In this document: positions 18,958 to 28,671 of the stretch, piece by piece
Position numbering within the stretch: the first letter of the stretch is position 1
How the letters are laid out: each line of letters begins with the position of its first letter
NCBI GenBank assembly: GCA_963932905.1
Contig: CAWVRN010000005.1
Span: 1 to 64,000, forward strand
Direction of reading: 5' to 3'
Origin: an uncultured Bdellovibrio sp.
GTDB taxonomy: Bacteria; Bdellovibrionota; Bdellovibrionia; Bdellovibrionales; Bdellovibrionaceae
DNA: 64,000 nt
Position numbers and translations under genes: made by a program
The notes under the pieces: generated by a model
Told to the model about the DNA's origin: nothing
Database searches by the model: none
Seen by the model: only the letters and a program-made list of their open reading frames with translations

Positions 18958-20637
18958 ATGCGTTCGATTTTATTCGTTTTCCTGGTATTGATTTCACTCA
19001 CTTCATTTTTGAAAGGTGAAGAAGAAAAAACTCTTCGTATCGGTATTGGGCAAGAATTTGATTCGCTAAATCCGCTCAGTACTTCAATGTTATCTGCCGT
19101 ATATATTTATAATATGGTGGGCCGTAATGCACTCAGTTTGGATCACCAAATGAAATTTGATGCCCAAGTCGTTGAAGAAATTCCGTCCTTAAAAAATAAA
19201 TTAGCAGAAGTGAAAACAATTAAAGGTACTAAAAAAATGGTATCAGTATGGAATATCCGTGCGAATGCAAAATGGGGCGATGGTATCGAGATCACTTGTG
19301 AAGACTTTAAATTCTCTTGGACGTTAGGACATTCAAATTTAGTCACGGTAATTAATCGTGATATGTACACGGATATCGAAACGATTAACTGCGACGAAAA
19401 AAAACCAAAACGTGTAGAAATGATCCACGCGGCTATTCGTTGGGATTTTTATAAGCTGTATCAATTTTATATTGTTCCCAAGCATTTAGAAGAACCAGTA
19501 TTTACAAAGTTCGGGAAAGAAAAAGAAGGCTATGATAGAAATTCCAACTACGTTAAAAATCCGACCAATCCGGGTTTGTACAATGGTCCCTATGTAATCT
19601 CTGAATTGAAATTGGGAAGCCATGTGCTACTCAAACGAAACCCGCATTTTTATGGCAGAAAACCCTATTTTGATAAAATTTTGGTGCGCGTGATTTCTGA
19701 TACGGCGGCTTTGGAAGCCAATTTGCTGTCTAAGCAAGTCGACATGGTGTCATCGATTGGTTTTAATATGGATCAGGCTCTTTTGCTTGAAAAACGTTCC
19801 GCAAAGGAGAACTTACCTTTTGAAGTTCGATATGTTTCTGGTTTCGCCTATGAACATTTAGAATTGAATTTGGAAAATCCAATTCTAGCAAGCAAAAGTG
19901 TTCGTAAAGCATTGCTGCAGGCCATTGATCGTGAATCGATGTCTCAGGCATTATTTGAAGGCAAACAAATGGTTGCACCCCATTTTTTAAGCCCGCGCGA
20001 TCCATGGCATGCAAAATTGCCGAAAAAGTTACAACAACCGATTCCCTATTCAAAGAAGGACGCTGAAAAACTGTTGGACGCAGAAGGATGGAAATTAGGC
20101 GAAGGTGGCTACCGATATAAAGACGGAAAAAAGTTTTCGATCGTATTTTCCACGACGGCTGCTAACCGTTTGCGTGAAAACGTTCAAACCTATATTGTTG
20201 ATCAGTGGAAAAAAGTAGGGGTGGAAGCCGTTTCTAAAAATACCGTCGCCCGCACTTTTTTTTCTGAGTTAATGAGTCATCGCAAGTTTGAAGGTGCCGC
20301 GATGTTCGCGTGGACCTTTTTACCAGAAATGCCGCAGGGGAAATTCTACCACTCACGATCGATTCCATCGGAAGCTAATGGTTGGATGGGACGCAACTAC
20401 GCCGGCTATAAAAATCCTAAATTAGATAAAATATTGGATCAACTTGAAGTTGAGATGAACGAGCGCAAACGCCAAGAAATAGTGAACCAAGTGGTTGATA
20501 TCTACGTGAATGATCATATCACTATTCCACTCTATTACCGTGTCGATATTTCAGTGGTGCCTAGAACCTTGAAAGACTATCACATGGCCGGAACTCAGCA
20601 GACAGAAACGTTATATGTTGAAGACTGGAAATACTAA
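18958..20637 (+). CDS. Peptide ABC transporter substrate-binding protein (family 5)
   Basis: Signal peptide, KWGDG..ITCEDFKFSW, NGPY and VRKALLQAIDR; start taken at MRSIL. Confidence 0.9.
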   Translation: MRSILFVFLVLISLTSFLKGEEEKTLRIGIGQEFDSLNPLSTSMLSAVYIYNMVGRNALSLDHQMKFDAQVVEEIPSLKNKLAEVKTIKGTKKMVSVWNIRANAKWGDGIEITCEDFKFSWTLGHSNLVTVINRDMYTDIETINCDEKKPKRVEMIHAAIRWDFYKLYQFYIVPKHLEEPVFTKFGKEKEGYDRNSNYVKNPTNPGLYNGPYVISELKLGSHVLLKRNPHFYGRKPYFDKILVRVISDTAALEANLLSKQVDMVSSIGFNMDQALLLEKRSAKENLPFEVRYVSGFAYEHLELNLENPILASKSVRKALLQAIDRESMSQALFEGKQMVAPHFLSPRDPWHAKLPKKLQQPIPYSKKDAEKLLDAEGWKLGEGGYRYKDGKKFSIVFSTTAANRLRENVQTYIVDQWKKVGVEAVSKNTVARTFFSELMSHRKFEGAAMFAWTFLPEMPQGKFYHSRSIPSEANGWMGRNYAGYKNPKLDKILDQLEVEMNERKRQEIVNQVVDIYVNDHITIPLYYRVDISVVPRTLKDYHMAGTQQTETLYVEDWKY

Positions 20638-20641
20638 CAGA

Positions 20642-21280
20642 CTAAGGCGTCCAAATATAGAAAACAGAACCATTCTTGATTCTGTCTATTACGTACCGAG
20701 CATACTTATTTTCAACCGCAGGACAGCCTTGGCTACGGCCGACTTTTTTTAAGGTGTTAGCCATTTTGGAATCTACGTAACTGGCGCCGTGGACTACGAT
20801 AGCGCGTCCGTAGGCATTGGAGTTGGTGGACTCTAAACCTTTTAGTTTTAGACTGTAACCATTGCCGCCCGTGTAAGTTGCGTCGGTAATGTAGAAACCC
20901 AGCGATGTGGCGTTTGATTTCAGTTGATTAGAAAACTTTTCGGCATAGCCATCGTGATTGCTGTCTGAGCCTTTGCCGTGGGCGACCAAGAAACTTTCTG
21001 TGGTTCCGGTGGGAATATGAATCACGTGCAAACGGGGCTTTCCAGAAATAGCTGAGGCATCAAAAATCGTGATGTAGTTTTTGTTCGGAATTTTGTCTTT
21101 GTACATTTCGTAGTAGGCGAGCGCTTTCTTTTTGGCTAACTCGGGAATACTGTTTTTCGTATCCAAATGGTCGAACTGGCTTAAATCGGGTACCTCGTAC
21201 CAGGGAACGCTGGGGGTAGCGACGGCTAAACTGCCGAAAGCTAAAATAAGACTAAATAAGAACGATGAATTTTTAAGCAT
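20642..21280 (-). CDS. Murein L,D-transpeptidase catalytic domain protein (YkuD_2-like)
   Basis: Signal peptide; VAHGKGS, FSN...TSLGFY, RAIVVHGA and GRSQGCPA. Confidence 0.9.
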   Translation of the reverse strand: MLKNSSFLFSLILAFGSLAVATPSVPWYEVPDLSQFDHLDTKNSIPELAKKKALAYYEMYKDKIPNKNYITIFDASAISGKPRLHVIHIPTGTTESFLVAHGKGSDSNHDGYAEKFSNQLKSNATSLGFYITDATYTGGNGYSLKLKGLESTNSNAYGRAIVVHGASYVDSKMANTLKKVGRSQGCPAVENKYARYVIDRIKNGSVFYIWTP

Positions 21281-21455
21281 GTATCCTAAATTGTAAAGGA
21301 AACTGAGCTGGCTCTATACGGCCCAGCCGGCTAGGTTTTTCTGTCGGAAAATAGATTGAACTTGAAGCTGATTTGAACTATCAAAACTAGATCAAAATCG
21401 AGCTGTTGCTCTTGTGTTATCTATTTGCAATTGCTCGACAAAAGTGAGGAAGAAA

Positions 21456-22985
21456 ATGATTATCGACGGTCAATCCATTACAGTAGAAAATTTGTTTCAA
21501 GCGGCGACTAATTTTAATGCCAAATTTGAATTAGATCCACGCGCCCGAAAAAAAATGGATGCGTCACGTGAATACATTGAAGGTAAGTTAGCCAAGGGCG
21601 AAGTGATGTATGGTGTGAACACCGGCTTTGGAGCTTTCTCTAGCGTTCGTATTTCAGATGCGGAAATTGAAACTTTACAAAAAAACTTAATTCGGTCTCA
21701 TTCGTCAGGCGTTGGCGATTTTTTCTCGAAATGGCATTCACGTGCGATGATGATTTTACGAGCGAATGCACTGGCCACGGGTCATAGCGGAATCCGCAGC
21801 GCTTTGGTTGATAAAATTATTGAATTTTTAAATGCCGATATAATTCCATGCATTCCATCGCAGGGTTCAGTGGGGGCTAGTGGTGACTTGGCGCCGCTAT
21901 CTCATTTGGCGTTATCTTTAATTGGAGAAGGGTTAGCTTGGAATAACGATCAAGTTGTTCCTGTCACTGACTTGCTAGCAAAGAAAAAAATCAAACCTCT
22001 AGAGTTAAAGGCAAAAGAAGGCTTATCGTTGATCAATGGCTGCCAAGTAATGACAGCTATCGGGATGTTGACTCTTCATCAAGTCAACGATTTGTTGAAA
22101 ATCGCGGACGTTTCCGGTGCGCTATCGCTAGAAGCGCTGAAGGGATCTCGTAAAGCATTTGATCCTTTGATTTCGGCAACGCGCCCTCATGCTGGTGAGG
22201 CGAAAACGGCTCGAAACTTGAATAAATTATTATTAGCAACCAGCCCGATCGGTGAAAGTCATATTAACTGTGGCCGTGTACAAGATGCGTATTCATTACG
22301 ATGTATGCCAGCAGTTCATGGTGCGGTAAAAGATACCTACCACTTCGTGAAAAAAGTTTTGGAAACCGAGGCGAATTCGTCAACGGATAATCCGCTTGTG
22401 TTCCCAGAAGAAGGTAAAATTCTTTCCTGCGGAAATTTCCATGGTATGCCAGTAGCATTCAGTCAAGATTACGTGGGGATCGCACTATCTAGCCTGGCCT
22501 CAATCAGCGAATGTCGAATTGCTAAATTAATAAATCCAGCCATGTCAGATTTGCCAGCGTTCTTGATCAAAGATGGTGGTTTGCAATCGGGACACATGAT
22601 CGTGCAAGTGGCGGCGGCTTCCTTAGTCAGCGAAAACAAAGTTCTAGCTCATCCTGCCAGCGTGGATACAATTCCAACATCGGCGGATAAAGAAGATCAC
22701 GTATCGATGGGAACCATAGCGGCACGCAAGTGCACTCAAATTCTGCGCAACGCTCAGAACGTGGTAGCGATGGAATTATTATCAGCGACGCAAGGTTTGG
22801 ATTTGCTAGCTCCACTGAAAACATCGGCTCCGCTAGAAGCAATCAAAGGCTACATCCGTTCCGAAGTCCCATACGCAGAAAAAGACCGAGTATTCTCATA
22901 CGACATCAACCGCATATTCGAAATGATCCAGTCCCGCAAACTAATAACCTTCATCGAGGATCAAGTCGGGACGCTAGAAGTTTAG
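21456..22985 (+). CDS. hutH: Histidine ammonia-lyase
   Basis: YGVNTGFG, GSVGASGDLAPL (MIO), VQDAYSLRC and EDHVSMG; start taken at MIIDG with SD GAGGA. Confidence 0.96.
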   Translation: MIIDGQSITVENLFQAATNFNAKFELDPRARKKMDASREYIEGKLAKGEVMYGVNTGFGAFSSVRISDAEIETLQKNLIRSHSSGVGDFFSKWHSRAMMILRANALATGHSGIRSALVDKIIEFLNADIIPCIPSQGSVGASGDLAPLSHLALSLIGEGLAWNNDQVVPVTDLLAKKKIKPLELKAKEGLSLINGCQVMTAIGMLTLHQVNDLLKIADVSGALSLEALKGSRKAFDPLISATRPHAGEAKTARNLNKLLLATSPIGESHINCGRVQDAYSLRCMPAVHGAVKDTYHFVKKVLETEANSSTDNPLVFPEEGKILSCGNFHGMPVAFSQDYVGIALSSLASISECRIAKLINPAMSDLPAFLIKDGGLQSGHMIVQVAAASLVSENKVLAHPASVDTIPTSADKEDHVSMGTIAARKCTQILRNAQNVVAMELLSATQGLDLLAPLKTSAPLEAIKGYIRSEVPYAEKDRVFSYDINRIFEMIQSRKLITFIEDQVGTLEV

Positions 22986-23017
22986 GGTACCTCCTAACAT
23001 TCTGGTACCCGGCGCGT
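22983..23017 (+). repeat. REP-like palindromic repeat, copy 1
   Basis: TAGGGTACCTCCTAACATTCTGGTACCCGGCGCGT; stem GGGTACC/GGTACCC; identical to 24754-24788. Confidence 0.9.
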
Positions 23018-23097
23018 TAGGGTTGAGAGTATTTTGGCGCGTTTGTTTAGTAATATTGAAAATTTAATTTGGATTTTATCAAGACGAGGTATTTAAA

Positions 23098-24756
23098 ATG
23101 GCGACGACGGGAAAACGTGTAGTAACAGCTCCGACGGGAACTAAACTTCATTGCAAAGGTTGGCTTCAAGAAGCGGCTTACCGAATGATTCAAAACAATC
23201 TTGATCCTAGCGTGGCGGAAAAACCGGAAGATTTAATTGTATACGGTGGTATCGGCAAAGCGGCCCGTAACTGGGAAAGCTTTGATAAAATTTTGGATGC
23301 CCTTACAAAATTGGAAGATTACGAAACACTCATTGTTCAATCGGGAAAACCAATCGGTATTGTTCGCACACACAAAGATGCACCTCGCGTTTTATTGGCG
23401 AATTCAAACTTGGTTCCTAAATGGGCGACATGGGAGCACTTTCACGAACTAGATAAAAAAGGTTTAATGATGTATGGCCAGATGACCGCAGGGAGCTGGA
23501 TCTACATCGGAACTCAAGGAATCATTCAAGGAACGTACGAAACATTCGTCGAAGCGGGTCGTCAGCATTTCGGTGGCGATTTAAGCGGACGTGTAATCCT
23601 AACTGCAGGCTTGGGTGGAATGGGCGGAGCTCAGCCACTCGCGGGCGTTTTCGCTGGCGCGATCGTATTAGCAGTGGATGTCGACCCAACTCGTATTCAA
23701 AAACGTTTGGACACGAAATACGTAGACGAATTAGCGACAGACTTGGACGACGCCTTGGCGCGCGTTGAAAAATATAAAAAATCAAAGCAAGCGAAATCAA
23801 TCGCACTATGCGGAAACATGGCCACGGTCATTTACCAACTGCTAGATCGCGGTTTCAAGCCGGATATGTTAACCGATCAAACCTCGGCGCATGATCCCTT
23901 GGTCGGATACATCCCAGAAGGATTAACTCTGCAGCAAGCGGATGAGCTAAGAACGAAAGATCAAAAAACATATTTAGAACGTGCGTATCAATCGATGGCG
24001 AAACATGTTCGCGGAATGCTTGAGTATCAAAAACGCGGTGTAGTGACTTTCGACTACGGCAACAATATACGCGCTCGGGCTAAAGATGCGGGCGTCGAGA
24101 ATGCATTCGATTTCCCAGGTTTCGTACCGGCCTTCATTCGACCGTTATTCTGTCGAGGCAGTGGCCCATTCCGCTGGGTAGCTTTATCTGGTGATCCAAA
24201 TGATATTCATGTAACCGACGAAGCAATGAAGAAATTATTCCCGCACAAAACGCATTTGTTGCGCTGGTTAGAAATGGCCTCAGAACGTATCGCTTTCCAA
24301 GGCTTACCAGCACGGATTTGTTGGTTAGAGTACGGCGAGCGCGCTAAAGCTGGTGCGATGTTGAATCAGTTAGTAAAGGAAGGAAAAGTAAAAGCCCCTA
24401 TTGTTATCGGTCGTGATCATCTAGATTGCGGCAGCGTGGCCTCACCAAATCGCGAGACCGAGGCAATGAAAGACGGCTCCGACGCAGTCTCTGATTGGCC
24501 ACTGCTAAACGCCATGGGTAACGTAGCCTGCGGCAGTACATGGGTCAGCTTGCACCACGGCGGTGGCGTAGGCATGGGTTACTCTCAGCACTCAGGTCAA
24601 GTCATCGTAGCTGACGGAACCGACGAAGCTGCCGCACGCCTAGAACGCGTACTAACATTCGATCCGGCCATGGGATTATTCCGCCACATCGACGCAGGCT
24701 ACGACGAAGCCAAAGAAGTAGGAAAAGAACGCGGAGTAAAATCGCTCTGGATCTAG
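23098..24756 (+). CDS. hutU: Urocanate hydratase
   Basis: [35 protein letters not shown] and HHGGGVGMG. Confidence 0.97.
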   Translation: MATTGKRVVTAPTGTKLHCKGWLQEAAYRMIQNNLDPSVAEKPEDLIVYGGIGKAARNWESFDKILDALTKLEDYETLIVQSGKPIGIVRTHKDAPRVLLANSNLVPKWATWEHFHELDKKGLMMYGQMTAGSWIYIGTQGIIQGTYETFVEAGRQHFGGDLSGRVILTAGLGGMGGAQPLAGVFAGAIVLAVDVDPTRIQKRLDTKYVDELATDLDDALARVEKYKKSKQAKSIALCGNMATVIYQLLDRGFKPDMLTDQTSAHDPLVGYIPEGLTLQQADELRTKDQKTYLERAYQSMAKHVRGMLEYQKRGVVTFDYGNNIRARAKDAGVENAFDFPGFVPAFIRPLFCRGSGPFRWVALSGDPNDIHVTDEAMKKLFPHKTHLLRWLEMASERIAFQGLPARICWLEYGERAKAGAMLNQLVKEGKVKAPIVIGRDHLDCGSVASPNRETEAMKDGSDAVSDWPLLNAMGNVACGSTWVSLHHGGGVGMGYSQHSGQVIVADGTDEAAARLERVLTFDPAMGLFRHIDAGYDEAKEVGKERGVKSLWI

Positions 24757-24788
24757 GGTACCTCCTAACATTCTGGTACCCGGCGCGT
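24754..24788 (+). repeat. REP-like palindromic repeat, copy 2
   Basis: 35/35 identical to copy 1; lies 3 bp from the RAYT stop codon. Confidence 0.9.
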
Positions 24789-24791
24789 CGT

Positions 24792-25415
24792 CTAGAGTTG
24801 GATTTTTCGATTTGTATTCGGGTCTCGGGTAACTTCAAAAGTTTTTTTGCGGGAAGCTTGATGAATGGCTTCCGCTTGCCCATCTTTATAGGCTTCATTT
24901 AGCCATGAAAGAGTGCCATCGATATCGTTCATTAAAGTATTGTCTTCAACGAGTGGGATAATTCCATGTTTTTTTCCCAATAGAATTTGCAGGGAACTCC
25001 AAGGATAATCTTCAACTTTTTCACAAATTTTCGCGGCGACTGGGTTCCGATAGTTGTATTTATAGGCCGCAAGAAAATAGTTTGTATCTGCGATAATACT
25101 GGAGTGGAAAGGTGCACCCCATATTCTGTTAATGCGGGAGGATTGCCTGTTTAACTCTTTGCTGGTTTCCTTCATAAGAATTGCCATAGCTTTGGATAAA
25201 TTCAGTTCCGGATCCGAAGCTATTAAATGAAAATGGTTCGACATTAACACGAAAGAATGAATTTTTATTCCGAACGCATGATGGATAAAATATAAATAAT
25301 TACCAAATAGATCCCAGACTTCAGCAAGAGGTATAGGAAATATTTCTTTGTTATTACATCTAGCTGTGACTTGAATAGGAAATTGTTCGTTTAGTTGTCG
25401 TATGAATCGGCTCAT
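24792..25415 (-). CDS. REP-associated tyrosine transposase (RAYT, Y1 HUH family)
   Basis: QVTARCNNKE, HSFVLMSNHFHLI (HUH), RIWGAPFHS, YNYRNPVAA (catalytic Tyr region) and DYPWSS; flanked by inverted REPs. Confidence 0.9.
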   Translation of the reverse strand: MSRFIRQLNEQFPIQVTARCNNKEIFPIPLAEVWDLFGNYLYFIHHAFGIKIHSFVLMSNHFHLIASDPELNLSKAMAILMKETSKELNRQSSRINRIWGAPFHSSIIADTNYFLAAYKYNYRNPVAAKICEKVEDYPWSSLQILLGKKHGIIPLVEDNTLMNDIDGTLSWLNEAYKDGQAEAIHQASRKKTFEVTRDPNTNRKIQL

Positions 25416-25460
25416 TGTTTTTTGCCATGCAAATGGCGGAGCAGCCTAATGGTGTTTTTA

Positions 25461-25495
25461 ACACGGCGGGTACCAGAATGTTAGGAGGTACCCTA
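25461..25495 (-). repeat. REP-like palindromic repeat, copy 3 (inverted)
   Basis: Minus strand TAGGGTACCTCCTAACATTCTGGTACCCGCCGTGT, 33/35 identical to copies 1 and 2. Confidence 0.9.
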
Positions 25496-26239
25496 AAAGA
25501 AGAATTGTAGGCCTGTTTTTATGCCTTCGCGTTTGATTTCGGGGTCGGGGGTTGTGGGGTTCGTGTTTCTTTGGATGTCTTGGTAGTAGGTGCCAAAGAT
25601 GCGGACGAATTCAAATTCTATGAAGGCGCCTGCCTGGTTTTGGTAGCCGGTGACATCTCCAAAGTAAGGGTCGGTGTAGGACATGTAGCTTCTATAGGAA
25701 CCGTTAATTCCGAAATATCTACCAATATACAATTGAAGGGCGGCTTGATAAAATTGATTGCGGGTTATCGATACCGGGTCTAACCCCGAAAATGTTCGTG
25801 TTCGTTGGCCGTAACTTAACGTCAGTGAGCTACTTTGAATCGAAGAGCCTAAGACGCGTATATTAAACAATCCATTTAGATCATTTTCATTCTCATCGCC
25901 GCGTTTGTCATATTCTAACGAGATACCGAAAATATTCGCGTAAGCACTGGCATCAAGGCTTGTGATTGTGTATTCCTTTTCATCACTGGTTAGTTTTTTC
26001 TTGTAACTATTGTTTGCCGCCGAAATGCTAAACTCATAAGGCGACGGTGCGTTTAGCCACAGCCACTGATCCATTAGTTTATTGCGGTCTTTTTGGGCTA
26101 ACCATTCTGCTAAGGTCCAACGTGAACCTTCACGCTTTTTGGCGCGCTCAGAGAAATTCAGCTGGCTTTGTCCCCAGCTGTGATAGGCCACGAAATGAAA
26201 CAAAATTAAGAGTAATATGGCGATCCGTTTTTTCATCAT
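25493..26239 (-). CDS. Hypothetical exported protein, probable outer-membrane beta-barrel
   Basis: Signal peptide, alternating aromatic beta-strands and C-terminal GLQFFF. Confidence 0.75.
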   Translation of the reverse strand: MMKKRIAILLLILFHFVAYHSWGQSQLNFSERAKKREGSRWTLAEWLAQKDRNKLMDQWLWLNAPSPYEFSISAANNSYKKKLTSDEKEYTITSLDASAYANIFGISLEYDKRGDENENDLNGLFNIRVLGSSIQSSSLTLSYGQRTRTFSGLDPVSITRNQFYQAALQLYIGRYFGINGSYRSYMSYTDPYFGDVTGYQNQAGAFIEFEFVRIFGTYYQDIQRNTNPTTPDPEIKREGIKTGLQFFF

Positions 26240-26371
26240 TATTCATTGTATTCCTGTACTTAGCGTTTAAGAAGATGTTGCAAATTAACACCAGTTGTAA
26301 AACAATAGGAGCGGGTATCAGGAATGAGGCCCAAAGAAAGTGAATCATTTTGATAAAATGGAGTATCCACC

Positions 26372-27466
26372 ATGGCTGCAGCTCAGGATTTTTTAAACTA
26401 CAAATACTACGTTCATAATTTAGATCCTGTTTTACTTCCTATTTATGGCAATGTCGGTGTCCGTTGGTACGGATTATCCTACATGGTTGGATTCATTTTG
26501 TCGTATTTCCTAATCAAGTGGTTATGTGAAAAACAAAAAATGGGCTTAACCAAAGAAATGGTCAGTGATTTTGTTACCTACTGTGCGATCGGCACGATGG
26601 TGGGTGGTCGTTTAGGTTATTGCTTGTTTTACTCACCTGATTTGTTCATCAAATTCAAACCTGATTTTCCGTTCTGGGGTGTCCTTGCCGTCAACGAAGG
26701 TGGTATGGCCAGTCATGGTGGTATGATCGGTATCGTCGTTGGTGCGTGGTTGTTCGCGCGCAAAAATGGAATCAGTACTTTGTATCTTTTGGATCTGGTT
26801 TGCATCTGCGGACCGGTAGGAATTTTCTTCGGTCGTATTGCTAACTTCATCAATGGTGAGTTAGTTGGTCGTCCGATCCAAAGCTTCGTTTCATGGGCGG
26901 TTAAGTTTCCAGCTGACATGCTGTCTTGGACGGCAGCAGATAAAGATAAGTTTCTCGGTCTTACAAATATTTTTCAACAACTCGGCGGCAGCCCTGATCA
27001 ATGGAAAACATGGGTCGAAACCATGGCCTTCAATCACGAAGCCAAAAATGGAGTGTATTCATTTGTAAATCGCGTGATTGAAGAAACTCACAATCACAAT
27101 GCCTCAGTACTGGCTGCCCTTGAACCGTTATTATTACCGCGCCATCCATCACAGTTGTATGGAGCCTTGTTAGAAGGTTTAGCTGTATTCATCGTGTTAT
27201 TCTTAATGTGGCGAACTCCGAAAAAACTGGGCGTTATCGCTGCCAGTTTTGGAGTGCTTTATTCCATCGCGCGCGTGGCGGATGAATTCTTCCGCATGCC
27301 AGATGCTCACATTGGTTTGCAACTTTTCGATTTGTCACGTGGTCAGTGGTTAAGTATTGCTCTTGCGATGATTTCCCTTGTGCTAGGAATTTTATGGAGC
27401 CGAACGGTAACAGTTATGTGTCCCGGTTGGGGCCGAGTTGAGTCTATTAAACTATCGAGAAAATAA
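26372..27466 (+). CDS. lgt: Prolipoprotein diacylglyceryl transferase
   Basis: VRWYGL, GGRLGY, GGMASHGG, GRIANFINGELVGR, RHPSQLY and EFFRMPD. Confidence 0.96.
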   Translation: MAAAQDFLNYKYYVHNLDPVLLPIYGNVGVRWYGLSYMVGFILSYFLIKWLCEKQKMGLTKEMVSDFVTYCAIGTMVGGRLGYCLFYSPDLFIKFKPDFPFWGVLAVNEGGMASHGGMIGIVVGAWLFARKNGISTLYLLDLVCICGPVGIFFGRIANFINGELVGRPIQSFVSWAVKFPADMLSWTAADKDKFLGLTNIFQQLGGSPDQWKTWVETMAFNHEAKNGVYSFVNRVIEETHNHNASVLAALEPLLLPRHPSQLYGALLEGLAVFIVLFLMWRTPKKLGVIAASFGVLYSIARVADEFFRMPDAHIGLQLFDLSRGQWLSIALAMISLVLGILWSRTVTVMCPGWGRVESIKLSRK

Positions 27467-27681
27467 TGTCTAAAGTTAAATGCGTTCTGACTTTAAGTTC
27501 GGTCGATGATTCAGCTGGATATCAATTGCAAACTCATGAAGTCGAAAGTTTGGAAAAACTTCATGAGTTCCTATTGCAAAGTAGTCAGCGTTCAAAAATT
27601 CAAAAATTGTCGTTAATCGACACGCAAGATACAAAAAATGCTATTTCACTAGTCGTTGAATCACTGGTTGTAAAATCCTAA
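27466..27681 (+). CDS. Small hypothetical protein
   Basis: 71-aa ORF coupled to lgt (TAATG overlap); no recognisable motif. Confidence 0.45.
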   Translation: MSKVKCVLTLSSVDDSAGYQLQTHEVESLEKLHEFLLQSSQRSKIQKLSLIDTQDTKNAISLVVESLVVKS

Positions 27682-28473
27682 ACATTGATTCTTTTTCGTT
27701 CGTTTGAAATATTTAAACGAACGGATTTTATCTTTCATATATTGAATTGTTGTTTTGTGCTGTAAGGCCGCCTTTTTCTCTAGACGATCGAAAACTTGTC
27801 CCCAAATTTGATTGGAGATACTAAATGGCGCTGAGGCCAAAAACATCGAAACAGCAGGGTAGTATAGAAAGTGTTCCATCTTCGGTGACAGGGCCATCAG
27901 GCCCCATGTTGACGTTACAAACCAAAATCCCCAAATGCCATAAGTACCGACAGTTTTTAAAACTTCATTTGTCTTAATTTGAATTCCTGCGGCTACGACG
28001 TCAGCGGGATTCGCGGATGGGTTGCTCATCATTGACTTTAGGTAATCTTGATAAATTTTGGGTAAGGATTGACCGGTCAGTCGTTCGTTTGCGGATGCTG
28101 ACTCGGACATGATCGTAATCAGGCTTTCTAGTGAGTTTCTTTTTTTTTCGTCACTCGTTTGTTCGCTAACTAACTGATTCATGGCTTGTGAAAAGCGTTG
28201 CAGTTGTACTAAAAATTCTTTGTTGTGAGCCAGATTTGACGATGGCACTGACCAATAATTTTGTGTTCTCAAAAAATTTCCGAAAACAGAGTCTAATAGA
28301 TCACTTGATGTTTGGTAGTCATTCGACATCATTCGATAGCGTAGTGATAACTCACTGATGGTTTCTGTATTTGCCGATGAGATCATAGAAAAAAATAGAA
28401 AGAATAAACTGATTACTTTTCGGGAAGAATGTATTGATAGAGTAAGTGCTTTAAGTGGGTTCAGGTTTTTCAT
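27661..28473 (-). CDS. Hypothetical exported helical protein with a hydrophobic hairpin and C-terminal NQCLGFY
   Basis: Start taken at MKNLNPLK; signal-like RKVISLFFLFFSMISSA; two hydrophobic segments near the C-terminus. Confidence 0.7.
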   Translation of the reverse strand: MKNLNPLKALTLSIHSSRKVISLFFLFFSMISSANTETISELSLRYRMMSNDYQTSSDLLDSVFGNFLRTQNYWSVPSSNLAHNKEFLVQLQRFSQAMNQLVSEQTSDEKKRNSLESLITIMSESASANERLTGQSLPKIYQDYLKSMMSNPSANPADVVAAGIQIKTNEVLKTVGTYGIWGFWFVTSTWGLMALSPKMEHFLYYPAVSMFLASAPFSISNQIWGQVFDRLEKKAALQHKTTIQYMKDKIRSFKYFKRTKKNQCLGFYNQ

Positions 28474-28671
28474 GTGTCCATAGAGTTCAATATTGTTTCC
28501 AAATTGAACTCGAAAGAAATGAAATCTCGAGGGTAAAAACTGTCGATAAAAATTAGGAACGGGCGGCAATAGTCACTAGAGCAAAAGCTTAGATTTATTG
28601 CTCTAGTTTCATTCGGAAAGGAAGGCTAGGAAGGCGTCTTAAATTTAAGCTGCCTTAACGAAAACTATTTT

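Noticed and set aside
22983..25495. 35-bp repeats as a CRISPR array
   Set aside because: Copies are 0.7-1.8 kb apart, one is inverted, there are no spacers or cas genes, and a RAYT is adjacent.
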